Source of the DNA: Vulcanimicrobiota bacterium
GTDB taxonomy: Bacteria; Vulcanimicrobiota; Vulcanimicrobiia; Vulcanimicrobiales; Vulcanimicrobiaceae
Length of the DNA stretch: 64,000 nucleotides
Direction: 5' to 3'
NCBI GenBank assembly: GCA_963786105.1
Contig: CAWAXX010000018.1
Span: forward strand, 192,958 to 256,957
The position numbers were made by a program, and so were the translations under genes. The notes under the pieces are model-generated. The model saw only the letters and a program-made list of their open reading frames with translations. It did no database searches and had not been told where the DNA came from. Shown here one piece after another: positions 41,399 through 50,526 of this stretch. The number at the start of each line of letters is the position of its first letter. Positions within the stretch are counted from its first letter, which is position 1.

Positions 41399-42681
41399 AC
41401 CTCGACGAACGCGCCGACGCTGCGCGGGTCGGTGATCTTGCCGGTCAGTGCGGATGCCGCGCAGGTCGCCGGCGACGCCAAGTAGACTTCCGCTTTGGGC
41501 GAGCCCATGCGTCCAACGTAGTTTCGATTGGTCGTCGAGACGGCGCGTTCGCCGTCGCCGAGCGTTCCCATATGTCCACCGAAGCACGCTCCGCAGCCGG
41601 GCGTGTTCACCGCACACCCTGCCGCTGCCAGCGTGGTGAGGATGCCCTCTTGGGCCGCCTGCATCCAGACTTTCTGGCTGCCTGGATTGACGATGACGCG
41701 CAGGCTGCCGGCGATTTTCTTGCCTTCAAGGATGCCCGCGACCACGCGCAGGTCTTCGATGTAGCCGTTGGTGCACGAGCCGATGAAAACTTGGTCGACG
41801 GCAATGTCGTCGGCAGCTACTTCCGAGATCGGATGAACGTTGTCCGGCGTGTGCGGGCAGGCTACTTGCGGCTCCAACTCGCCGACGTCGATTGCGACGA
41901 CGCGCTCGTAAACCGCATCGGCATCCGCCCGCTCCACGACGAACGGGCGATTCGTCCGCTCGGTGACATAGGCCAGCGTCTTTGCGTCGGCATGGAAAAT
42001 CCCGTTCTTGGCACCGGCTTCGATCGCCATGTTCGCCATCGTTATCCTGCCGGTAATCGAAAGTTCGTCGACGGTGCTGCCGTGATACTCGATCGCGCGA
42101 TAGGTTGCACCGTCGATTCCCAGTTCGCCGACCGTCCTGAGCATGACGTCCTTGGCGAACACCATCGGCCCGAGTTTTCCGTTGTAGACGATTTTAATTG
42201 AAGCCGGCACCTTCAGCCACACTTCACCCAACACGAATGCGGCCGCGATGTCGGTCGAGCCCATTCCGGTGGCGAACGCTCCGAACGCGCCATACGTGCA
42301 GGTATGGGAATCGCCTCCGACGATCAGCTCGCCCGGTGCGACGAGTCCCTCCTCGGGCAACACGACGTGTTCAATTCCGCCGCGCCCCACGTCGAAGAAG
42401 TGCACGATCTTCTGCTCGATCGCGAAATCTTTCATGAGCTTTGCCAGTTTGGCAGACTGCGCGTCCTTCGCCGGCACGAAATGGTCCTCGACCAAAGCGA
42501 TCCGCTCGGGATCGAAGACGCGGTCGGCACCTTTGATGTTCCGCATCACGCCGATAGCCACCGCCGCCGAGAGTTCGTTGGCGAGAACGAGGTCGACGTT
42601 CGCGTTAATGATCTGTCCCGGCTCTACGTATTCGACGCCGGCGTGCCGCGCCAGGATCTTCTCGGTAAGTGTCATTCCCAT
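41395..42681 (-). CDS. leuC: 3-isopropylmalate dehydratase / homoaconitase large subunit (short type)
   Basis: TLTEKIL, DSHTCT.G, IGSCTN, CGAC and STTNRN..GRMG motifs. Confidence 0.88.
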   Translation of the reverse strand: MGMTLTEKILARHAGVEYVEPGQIINANVDLVLANELSAAVAIGVMRNIKGADRVFDPERIALVEDHFVPAKDAQSAKLAKLMKDFAIEQKIVHFFDVGRGGIEHVVLPEEGLVAPGELIVGGDSHTCTYGAFGAFATGMGSTDIAAAFVLGEVWLKVPASIKIVYNGKLGPMVFAKDVMLRTVGELGIDGATYRAIEYHGSTVDELSITGRITMANMAIEAGAKNGIFHADAKTLAYVTERTNRPFVVERADADAVYERVVAIDVGELEPQVACPHTPDNVHPISEVAADDIAVDQVFIGSCTNGYIEDLRVVAGILEGKKIAGSLRVIVNPGSQKVWMQAAQEGILTTLAAAGCAVNTPGCGACFGGHMGTLGDGERAVSTTNRNYVGRMGSPKAEVYLASPATCAASALTGKITDPRSVGAFVEV

Positions 42682-42715
42682 GAGGAGAACGGTTATCCGG
42701 CGAAGCACCCGAGTC

Positions 42716-43969
42716 ATGCAGCACGATCGGCAATTCGGCTTTTCGACCCGTGCGATTCATGCGGGGACGCCTCCGGATCCGGTCACCGGCGCGCGCGTTG
42801 CGCCGATCCATCAAACGGCGGCTTACGTATTCCGGTCGACCGAGCAGGCGGCAGAACTCTTCGCGCTCCGCAGCTACGGCCACATCTATAGCCGCATCAG
42901 CAATCCGACGGTGGCGGCGTTCGAAGAACGCATGGCTAGTCTCGAAGGCGGGCTGGGAGCCATTGCGTTCTCCAGCGGTCTGGCCGCGCAGCTCTGTACC
43001 GTGCTCGCAGTCGCCCAAGCCGGCGACCATCTCATTTGCTCGCAGAACGTCTACGGCGGCACGGTCACGCAACTGATGGTGACGGTGAAACGCATGGGGA
43101 TCGAAACCACCTTCATTCCGGTGGGAGACCTCGGCGCGATGCGCGCCGCGATCCGGTCGAACACGCGCCTGCTGCTCGTCGAAACGATCGCTAATCCGTC
43201 CGGCGACGTAGCCGACCTCGCCGGGCTGGCCGGCGTCGCACACGGAGCGGGGATAGCGCTCGCGGTAGATAACACGTTCGCTTCGCCGTATCTCTGTCGC
43301 CCGATCGAGCACGGGGCGGATATCGTGCTGCACTCGGCCACCAAGTTTATCAGCGGGCACGGAACGACGATCGGCGGCGTTTTGGTCGAGTCGGGAACGT
43401 TTCCGTGGGGGAATGGCCGCTATCCGCTGCTCTCCGAACCGAGTCCCGGCTACCACAAGAAAGTCTTCAGCGAAACGTTCGGCGAGTACGCGTTCTTAAT
43501 GCGGACGCGCGCCGAAGTGCTGCGCGACGTCGGCGCACAAATGGCGCCGATGGATGCGTGGTTGCTGCTGCTCGGGCTCGAAACGCTGGCGTTGCGCATG
43601 GAGCGTCACGTGAGCAACGCTCGAGCAGTCGCCCAGTACTTGAAAACGCGGCCCGAAGTCGCATGGGTACGGGAGCCGTCGCTCGGGTCGATTTTCACGT
43701 TCGGACTGCGCGGCGGACGCGAAGCCGGCCGCCGCTTCATCGATGCCCTCGAACTGTGGAGTCACGTGGCGAACGTCGGCGATGCGAAGAGCCTGGTCAT
43801 TCATCCTGCTTCTACGACGCACTCGCAGCTTGCCGACGACGAGCTCGAAAAGGCCGGCGTCCCGCCGGAACTGGTCCGCTTGTCGGTCGGACTCGAAGAC
43901 CCGGACGACCTTTTGTGGGATATCGAACGCGCTCTAAGCGTCGCGACCGTTCCTGAGGCGGTATCGTGA
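42716..43969 (+). CDS. metY: O-acetylhomoserine/O-acetylserine sulfhydrylase
   Basis: [22 protein letters not shown] and [18 protein letters not shown] motifs. Confidence 0.93.
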   Translation: MQHDRQFGFSTRAIHAGTPPDPVTGARVAPIHQTAAYVFRSTEQAAELFALRSYGHIYSRISNPTVAAFEERMASLEGGLGAIAFSSGLAAQLCTVLAVAQAGDHLICSQNVYGGTVTQLMVTVKRMGIETTFIPVGDLGAMRAAIRSNTRLLLVETIANPSGDVADLAGLAGVAHGAGIALAVDNTFASPYLCRPIEHGADIVLHSATKFISGHGTTIGGVLVESGTFPWGNGRYPLLSEPSPGYHKKVFSETFGEYAFLMRTRAEVLRDVGAQMAPMDAWLLLLGLETLALRMERHVSNARAVAQYLKTRPEVAWVREPSLGSIFTFGLRGGREAGRRFIDALELWSHVANVGDAKSLVIHPASTTHSQLADDELEKAGVPPELVRLSVGLEDPDDLLWDIERALSVATVPEAVS

Positions 43970-44451
43970 TCGCGAACACGCCGTCCCAACGCCGCGCCTT
44001 GCTCGAGCGCATCACGACGATCGCGGTGGTCGGCGCGTCGCCAAATCCTTTGCGGCCGAGCTATACCGTCTTTTCCTACTTGCGAACCCAGACACCGTAT
44101 CGAGTGACGCCGATCAACCCTACGGTCGGCGCGATCGACGGTATCGCCGCCTATCCGTCGCTGACCGTCTACGCCGCAGAGCACGGGCCGCCCGACATGG
44201 TCGACGTTTTCCGAAAACCAAGCGAATTGGTCGGCGTCGTCAACGAAGCGATCGCGGTCGGGGCCAAAGCCATTTGGCTTCAATACGGCGTCGTCGATCG
44301 TGCCGCCATCGAGCTGGCCAACCGTGCCGGCATTACCGTCGTCGTCGATCGATGCGTGAAGGTCGAATACGCCCGCTTTTCAGGCGGACTGGCCACCAGC
44401 GGGCTCAACAGCGGCCTCATCACGTCGCGCCGCGACCCCGCATCGCATTGA
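43966..44451 (+). CDS. CoA-binding domain protein (YccU-like)
   Basis: IAVVGAS....RPS, DMVDVFR, WLQ.G and VVDRC.K.E motifs. Confidence 0.93.
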   Translation: MIANTPSQRRALLERITTIAVVGASPNPLRPSYTVFSYLRTQTPYRVTPINPTVGAIDGIAAYPSLTVYAAEHGPPDMVDVFRKPSELVGVVNEAIAVGAKAIWLQYGVVDRAAIELANRAGITVVVDRCVKVEYARFSGGLATSGLNSGLITSRRDPASH

Positions 44452-45599
44452 GCTATGCCGACGAGTCGCGCGCGTTGGACGCCGAGATCCTTCGCGTTAT
44501 CGACGCTTGGCATAACACCGGACGCGTGCTCGAAGACGAGGCGTTCGACGCCCTGGCGCTGCGTTTGTTCGGCTATCAGGCCCGCTACAACGCTCCATAC
44601 GCTCGCTTCTGCGCCGCCTCCGGCGTGGCGGTGTCCTCGGCTCGTTCGTGGCGCGACGTTCCGGCCGTTCCCGCCGCGGCATTCAAAGACGCAGCGCTCG
44701 CGACGTTCGATCCCTCGAGCGCGATGCTGACATTCGAGACCAGCGGTACGACGGGCGCGCGCACCGGTCGCCATTATTTCGAAACGTCCGAGCTCTACGA
44801 TGCTGCGTTACTAGCCGGATTCGATCGTTTCATGATCCCTGACGGTGCCCGGCTGCGCTATCTCAGTCTGGTTCCGAATCCCGGCGAGCGCCCGCAATCG
44901 TCGCTCGGGTACATGATGCGGCTCGTCGGCGAACGGCGCGGGCTAGGTGAAATGCGGTGGTATCTGCGGGGCGACGTTCTTGCCTTCGGCGCGTTCCTCG
45001 GGGACGCGCGTGCGGCGATTGCGGATGCGACGCCGGTCTGTCTCGCGGCCACCGCATTTGCGTTGGTGCACGTGCTCGATGCCCTCGACGAACGCGGAGC
45101 GCGGCTTCCCCTTCCGCCTGGATCGCGCCTCATGGAAACCGGCGGATTCAAAGGGCGTGCACGGGTCATCGATCGTGACGAACTCTACGAACGCGCGAGC
45201 CGCGCCTTGGGGCTTCCTCGCGACGCCATCGTCGCCGAGTACGGCATGACCGAGCTCACGTCGCAATACTACGACGACGTGCTCGTAAACGGCGACCCTC
45301 GCACGGTCGGCGCGCGTCGGAAGGTTGCGCCGCCGTGGCTGCGCACGCGGGTGGTTGGACCGGACGGCTCGACGCTTCCCAACGGCACCGTCGGCGCACT
45401 CGTGCACGTCGATCTCGCCAACCGGTCGTCGTGCATCGCGATAGCGACTGAGGATCTCGGCGTGCAGTTCGATCCGGGTGGACATGGTCCCGGCGGGCTC
45501 GTGCTCATCGGCCGGGAGCGCGCCGCGACGTTGCGCGGCTGTTCGCTCGACGCCGAAACGTTACGGATTACGTCGGGCTCGAGCTCGGGCCTGCGCTAG
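44448..45599 (+). CDS. LuxE-like acyl-protein synthetase
   Basis: FETSGTTG, METGGFKG, EYGMTEL.SQ, DLAN..S...I.TEDLG and C-terminal RGCS; TTG start overlaps the upstream TGA. Confidence 0.88.
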   Translation: MSYADESRALDAEILRVIDAWHNTGRVLEDEAFDALALRLFGYQARYNAPYARFCAASGVAVSSARSWRDVPAVPAAAFKDAALATFDPSSAMLTFETSGTTGARTGRHYFETSELYDAALLAGFDRFMIPDGARLRYLSLVPNPGERPQSSLGYMMRLVGERRGLGEMRWYLRGDVLAFGAFLGDARAAIADATPVCLAATAFALVHVLDALDERGARLPLPPGSRLMETGGFKGRARVIDRDELYERASRALGLPRDAIVAEYGMTELTSQYYDDVLVNGDPRTVGARRKVAPPWLRTRVVGPDGSTLPNGTVGALVHVDLANRSSCIAIATEDLGVQFDPGGHGPGGLVLIGRERAATLRGCSLDAETLRITSGSSSGLR

Positions 45600-46785
45600 G
45601 GCTCGTGCTCGGCTGCGGCGTCGGCGTCGGCGGCGGAAACGGTCCCACGATGACGCCGGCCCCTTGAGCGTTACCAGCAATCGTGACGTTGCGTCCGCGG
45701 GCACCAGGGTTGAAGGTAATTTTCCTCGGGTACTGGCCCTGCGCGTTGGTACCTTGCGTGTTAGGGTTCCAATAGTTCCCCTCCGCATGCACCAACACCA
45801 ACGGAAGGGTCACGGAAATCTCCGAGATGACGGTGCCGCCGATGAACGAGTTGCCGCCTTGCGAACCTTCGGGTCCGTTCCCGAAGTCGACCTGTCCCAA
45901 TGTGAATGACGAGCTAGGCGATGCGACCGGCGCGACCGAGTCTTGATATCCGTAGTGCCTCGATTTGAACGTTTGGAAAGAGGAGTTGACGTTCGCCGTA
46001 CCGTCGGTGGCGATTCCGATGGCTCCGCCGATCATGCCTTGCGTCGGTTGTCCGCCCAATACTACCGCCGGCATGATACCGTTGGGAACCGTAAACGCCG
46101 CGATGGCGAAGTCGCCTCCTAAGATCACGCACCCCGTACAGTCGAGGTTTCCGCTTGGAACGATGATGCCCGCTACTCTCGGATGCGAAGTAAACGACGT
46201 ACCCGACGCAAACGTCGAGTGCGATGCGGCACCGGATCCAAGCGCGTCGAACGCCGCGTAAAACCCGGAATTCGAAAGCCGCGATGAACCGACGTACACA
46301 CCGGCGACCGAGACCGAAGCGACGCCCGACGCAATCTCGAGCGTCGTGTACGCCGTACCCGACTTCGCGCCGACGAGCTTTTCGAAGGCCGCATCCTCGC
46401 CCTCGCCGTTAATGAAGGAACCCTTTGAGAATCCCGTCCCGTATCCGCTCCCATTAATCGTCATTCCGGTCGGTATGACGATCGGAAACTTCTCGCCGCT
46501 GCTGCTACTGTACATGCCCAGCCCCAACTGGATCGTCAACCCTGGCGTCGTCGAATTCTTTACGACGGCTACGGCTTTAGTCAACGTCTTATAGGGTTTC
46601 AAACTCGACCCGTCGCCGGTCGTGTCGCTACCGGTTTTTGGGTTGACGTTAATCGTGGTCAACGGGGAGGCGGTTGGAGGCAGCGGCGTTGATTTTCCAC
46701 GTCGCGTGCACCCCATACCGCCCACGATGCCGGTAACGGCAACGGCGGCGACGAGCAGAAAGAAGGCGCGAGCAAACCAGGGCAT
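45568..46785 (-). CDS. DUF1565-domain lipoprotein (beta-helix-like)
   Basis: Signal ending GMGC; VNPKTGSD..GDGS..KPYKTLTKA...GEKFPIVIP.G. Confidence 0.8.
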   Translation of the reverse strand: MPWFARAFFLLVAAVAVTGIVGGMGCTRRGKSTPLPPTASPLTTINVNPKTGSDTTGDGSSLKPYKTLTKAVAVVKNSTTPGLTIQLGLGMYSSSSGEKFPIVIPTGMTINGSGYGTGFSKGSFINGEGEDAAFEKLVGAKSGTAYTTLEIASGVASVSVAGVYVGSSRLSNSGFYAAFDALGSGAASHSTFASGTSFTSHPRVAGIIVPSGNLDCTGCVILGGDFAIAAFTVPNGIMPAVVLGGQPTQGMIGGAIGIATDGTANVNSSFQTFKSRHYGYQDSVAPVASPSSSFTLGQVDFGNGPEGSQGGNSFIGGTVISEISVTLPLVLVHAEGNYWNPNTQGTNAQGQYPRKITFNPGARGRNVTIAGNAQGAGVIVGPFPPPTPTPQPSTSPSAGPSSSPT

Positions 46786-46849
46786 GCAGCCGCCTTTTGC
46801 CGCTTCCGCCTCGGGGACCTCGGGACGGCAATACGGAAAGCCCGAGACT

Positions 46850-48073
46850 GTGAAGCTTATCGAGCGCCCGGTTCGTTCGATCGTTCGTGCGATCGCGCAT
46901 GCCTCGGAGCGCTGGGTCGATCCCGATTTTCCGCCACGCGTGCGCGCGCTCGATGCCGTTTGCAAACGAACGGGCTACTCGGCGCCGGTCGTCGAGTATG
47001 CCTTCGATCGCCTGTTTTCTTCGCTTGCCGCGCCCGCAATCGAAGCGACGATCGCACGCGAACTCGGCTCCCTCGACGTACTCGACGAGTTCGCAGGCGA
47101 GCGCGGAGGCCCGCGCTATCGCGCGCTGCCGCTCGGACGAGTGTGCGTTATCTCGAGCCGCACGACGGTAGGCGTTGCCGTCGTTCCGGCGGTGTTTGCC
47201 CTATGCGCGAAGTGCCCCGTGCTGGTGAAAGATCGCGAGGACGCCCTCGTCGGTGCTTTCTTTTCCACGTTGGCCGAGGAGCTCGACGAATTGCGCGAGT
47301 CGGCCGTCGCCCAATCTTGGAACGGTGAGTCCGACGCGCGCAATCTCGGAGAGTTTTCCGCCGTCGTCGCTTTTGGAGACGATTCGACGCTGGAGCGCAT
47401 CCGTGCGACGCTTCCATCGGCAACGCGATGGATTGCGTTTGGGTCAGGAGTGAGTTGCGGGTACGTCGCCCGCGAGGCACTCAACGATTCGGGATTCTCG
47501 CAGGGCATCGCGAAGAACGCCGCGCGCGACCTCGTGCTGTACGACACCGAAGGCTGTCTCTCGCTGCACGTGCTGTTCGTCGAACGCGGAGGTTCGCTCT
47601 CGCCGGCGGATTTCGCCGCCATGCTGGCGCGCGCAACCGAGCGGGCGGGCGTCGAGTTTCCGGCGAGCACGATCGAGCCGGGCCGCCTGGCCGCAGTCGC
47701 TGGAGCGCGTGACTTGGCCGCTTTCCGCGTCGCCGCCGCGCAGGCGACCGCGGCCTACTCCAACGCTGCGGCGTCGTATCTTACGGTACTCGACCCGCCG
47801 TGCGACGACCCGCCGTTCTTCCTGCCTCGCGCGCTCGGGATCCATAGCGTGGACGCCCCGTCCGAAGCGGCCGCATACGTCGAGCACCATCACCTGCGCG
47901 TCGAAGCGCTGGCGGTTGCCGGAATGCGGCCCGACGTCGCCGATATGGCGCTTCGCATCGGCGCGGCGCGAATCACCCGATTCGGAGCGCTGCAAGCGCC
48001 GCCACCGAGCGAACGCCACGGCGGACGTCCGCGCATTGCCGAATTCGTTCGGTGGGTCTCCGACGAAACGTGA
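46850..48073 (+). CDS. LuxC-like acyl-CoA/acyl-protein reductase
   Basis: VLVK, VVAFGDD.T...IR, FG...S and ARD...YD..GCLS (catalytic Cys region). Confidence 0.85.
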   Translation: MKLIERPVRSIVRAIAHASERWVDPDFPPRVRALDAVCKRTGYSAPVVEYAFDRLFSSLAAPAIEATIARELGSLDVLDEFAGERGGPRYRALPLGRVCVISSRTTVGVAVVPAVFALCAKCPVLVKDREDALVGAFFSTLAEELDELRESAVAQSWNGESDARNLGEFSAVVAFGDDSTLERIRATLPSATRWIAFGSGVSCGYVAREALNDSGFSQGIAKNAARDLVLYDTEGCLSLHVLFVERGGSLSPADFAAMLARATERAGVEFPASTIEPGRLAAVAGARDLAAFRVAAAQATAAYSNAAASYLTVLDPPCDDPPFFLPRALGIHSVDAPSEAAAYVEHHHLRVEALAVAGMRPDVADMALRIGAARITRFGALQAPPPSERHGGRPRIAEFVRWVSDET

Positions 48074-49338
48074 TACCCGGCCGCCGCACCGCCGAGCGCA
48101 TCCCCGCACTGCGCCGATACGAATCGCGAAACGTCACCTACCTTTCCGAAGACTTCCCGGTTTTCTGGGAGTCGGCGCGCGGGGCGACCGTCGTCGACGT
48201 CGACGGGAACCGCTACGTCGATCTCACCGCCGCGTTCGGCGTGGCCAACGCCGGTCACTCGAATCGTCGCGTGGTCGCCGCCATCGCCAGTCAAGCCGCG
48301 CGACTGATGCACGGCATGGGCGACGTTCATCCGACCGCGGTACGCGCCCGCCTGTTGGAACGAATCGCCAAATCGTTTCCAAACCAGGATGCAAAAGCGT
48401 TTCTTGCGACCACCGGTTCGGAAGCCGTCGAAGCCGCGCTCAAAACCGCCATGCTCGCCACCGGACGCGCGCGGTTTGCGTCGTATCGCGACGCCTACCA
48501 CGGGCTATCTCTCGGAACGCTGCCGGTTTGCGGCGTCGACAAGTTTCGCGCGCCGTTTGCCGAGGCGCTGGGGCGCGCGGCGGTGATGCTCGCGTATCCC
48601 AACGCTTCGTCGGGCATTACGGCACGCATCGCCATCGAGCGTACGCGCCGGGAGTTGGAGGCAAACGCCGGCGTCGCAGCCGTCGTGATCGAGCCGATAC
48701 AGGGACGCGGCGGATGTATCGTTCCCCCCGAAGGGTATTTGGGCGCGCTGCGCGCGCTGTGCGACGATCTCGGTATTCTGATGATCGTTGACGAAATCTA
48801 TACCGGCTTCGGTCGCACCGGCACGTGGTTCGCAATTGATCGCGAAGGCGTGGTTCCCGACATTTTATGCGTCGGCAAGGCGATGGGGTCGGGGTTTCCC
48901 ATCAGCGCGGCAGTCGGCCGGGCGTCGATCATGGACGCGTGGCCGATTTCGACGGGCGAAGCGTTGCACACGTCGACGTATCTGGGCAACCCGATGGGCT
49001 GCGCCGCCGCGCTGGCCACGTTTGAAGAAATCGAACGCCGAGGGCTGCCGGCGCGCGCAGCCGCCCTCGAGCCGGCGGTGCGGTCGCGTCTCGAGCCGCT
49101 GCGGTCGCGGCCGATCGTAAAGGACGTTCGCGGCCGGGGACTGTTGTGGGGCGTGCAACTAAGCAGCCCCGGCGTTGCCGAAATGACCGTCAAGCGCGCG
49201 CTCCGCGCGGGGGTTATCGTCTTGCAGTCCGGTCCGGCCGGGGACGTCATCGCCATCTCGCCGCCCCTGACGATCGCCGAGCGCCAGCTGATGCGCGCAT
49301 TCGACCGATTAGAGGCGGTCATAGAGAGCATCGAGTAG
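48070..49338 (+). CDS. Class III PLP aminotransferase
   Basis: DVDGNRYVD, GSEAVE, YHG, EPIQG.GG, DEIYTGFGRTG and GKAMG.G.P motifs; GTGA coupling to luxC. Confidence 0.95.
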   Translation: MIPGRRTAERIPALRRYESRNVTYLSEDFPVFWESARGATVVDVDGNRYVDLTAAFGVANAGHSNRRVVAAIASQAARLMHGMGDVHPTAVRARLLERIAKSFPNQDAKAFLATTGSEAVEAALKTAMLATGRARFASYRDAYHGLSLGTLPVCGVDKFRAPFAEALGRAAVMLAYPNASSGITARIAIERTRRELEANAGVAAVVIEPIQGRGGCIVPPEGYLGALRALCDDLGILMIVDEIYTGFGRTGTWFAIDREGVVPDILCVGKAMGSGFPISAAVGRASIMDAWPISTGEALHTSTYLGNPMGCAAALATFEEIERRGLPARAAALEPAVRSRLEPLRSRPIVKDVRGRGLLWGVQLSSPGVAEMTVKRALRAGVIVLQSGPAGDVIAISPPLTIAERQLMRAFDRLEAVIESIE

Positions 49339-49347
49339 CTCGCCAGC

Positions 49348-50397
49348 ATGAAGACGTTTCGCATCGGCATCGTCGGGGCCGGATTTGGGGTAAGCTCGCA
49401 CCTACCGGCGCTGCTCGCGCATCCGCGTTTCGACGTCGTTGCGCTGGCATCGCCCTCCAGCGCCGCTCGCATCGCGGCCGAACGAAACGTTCCGCACGCG
49501 TTTCGATCGTGCGTGGAGATGCTTGCCGGTTGCGATCTGGATGCGGTAACGGTGGCATCGCCGCCGCACGCTCACGTCCACGACGTTCTGGCCACCTTGG
49601 CTGGTGGAAGGCACGTGATGTGCGAGAAGCCGTTCGCCCTCAACGTCCAGGCCGCAACGGAGATGGTCGCCGCCTCCGAGCGCGCCGGTACGGCGTGCGG
49701 CGTCGCGCACGAATTCCGGTTCGTCCCTCAGGCGCAGGCACTGAAGCAGCTCGTCGAAAACCATCATCTCGATCCGCTTCGAAACGTCGAAATTACGTAC
49801 TTGCGACCCATGTTGCACCGGCACGGAACGCGCCGGCGCGGCTGGTGGTTTCAGCGCGAGCGGGGCGGTGGACTTGCGGGCGCGATGCTGTCGCACATCG
49901 TCGATCACGCCGGTTGGCTCGCCGGTCGGGCTCCGCTTCGCAGCACGGGCTTTATCCGGACGGCAAACGTGCAGCGACGCGACGAGCACGGCGAGTTTGA
50001 CTCGACCGTCGACGATGGCGCGTTTGCGATTCTCGACTACGGTCAGGGCACGATCGCGCGACTGACGGCCGACGCAACGACGTCGGTTGAAAGCTACACG
50101 TGCGCCGTGCACGGCGAAGATCGCACCGCGGTAGCGAGCGGCCCGAATATTGCCGACCTTACGCTCTACAGCATCGATCCCGAAGAAACCAACGAGCTGC
50201 AATGCAAGCCGTCGCCCTACGCCAGTTTCGCCTCCATCAACGACAACGTTCCGCTCCTCATGGAACTCTACGACGAGTTCGTCAAAAAGATCGAAGGCCA
50301 ACCCAACGCGTTGCCGACCTTCGAAGAAGCGTTGGAAACGCAGCGCGTGCTCGAATCGATCGGCTACTCCACGCCCACGCTCCCCGCGTCATCCTGA
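49348..50397 (+). CDS. Gfo/Idh/MocA family oxidoreductase
   Basis: GIVGAGFG, CEKP and GGG....SH..D motifs. Confidence 0.93.
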   Translation: MKTFRIGIVGAGFGVSSHLPALLAHPRFDVVALASPSSAARIAAERNVPHAFRSCVEMLAGCDLDAVTVASPPHAHVHDVLATLAGGRHVMCEKPFALNVQAATEMVAASERAGTACGVAHEFRFVPQAQALKQLVENHHLDPLRNVEITYLRPMLHRHGTRRRGWWFQRERGGGLAGAMLSHIVDHAGWLAGRAPLRSTGFIRTANVQRRDEHGEFDSTVDDGAFAILDYGQGTIARLTADATTSVESYTCAVHGEDRTAVASGPNIADLTLYSIDPEETNELQCKPSPYASFASINDNVPLLMELYDEFVKKIEGQPNALPTFEEALETQRVLESIGYSTPTLPASS

Positions 50398-50496
50398 CCG
50401 GAGCGCCTGTCATCCTGAGCGGAGCGCCACTTCGACTCGCTTCGCTCGCTCAGCACAGGCTCCGGCGCGTAGTCGAAGGACGCGCAGTCGAAGCAC
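50388..50496 (+). repeat. Composite REP-like element overlapping the Gfo/Idh/MocA stop
   Basis: GTCATCCTGACCGG + TGTCATCCTGAGCGG...CTTCGACTCGCTTCGCTCGCTCAG...AGTCGAAGGAC. Confidence 0.88.
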
Positions 50497-50526
50497 GCTC
50501 CGGGTTCGATGCCACGTTTGCACGCT

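Noticed and set aside
44448..48073. Bioluminescence (lux) operon
   Set aside because: No luxA, luxB, luxD or luxG in the window.
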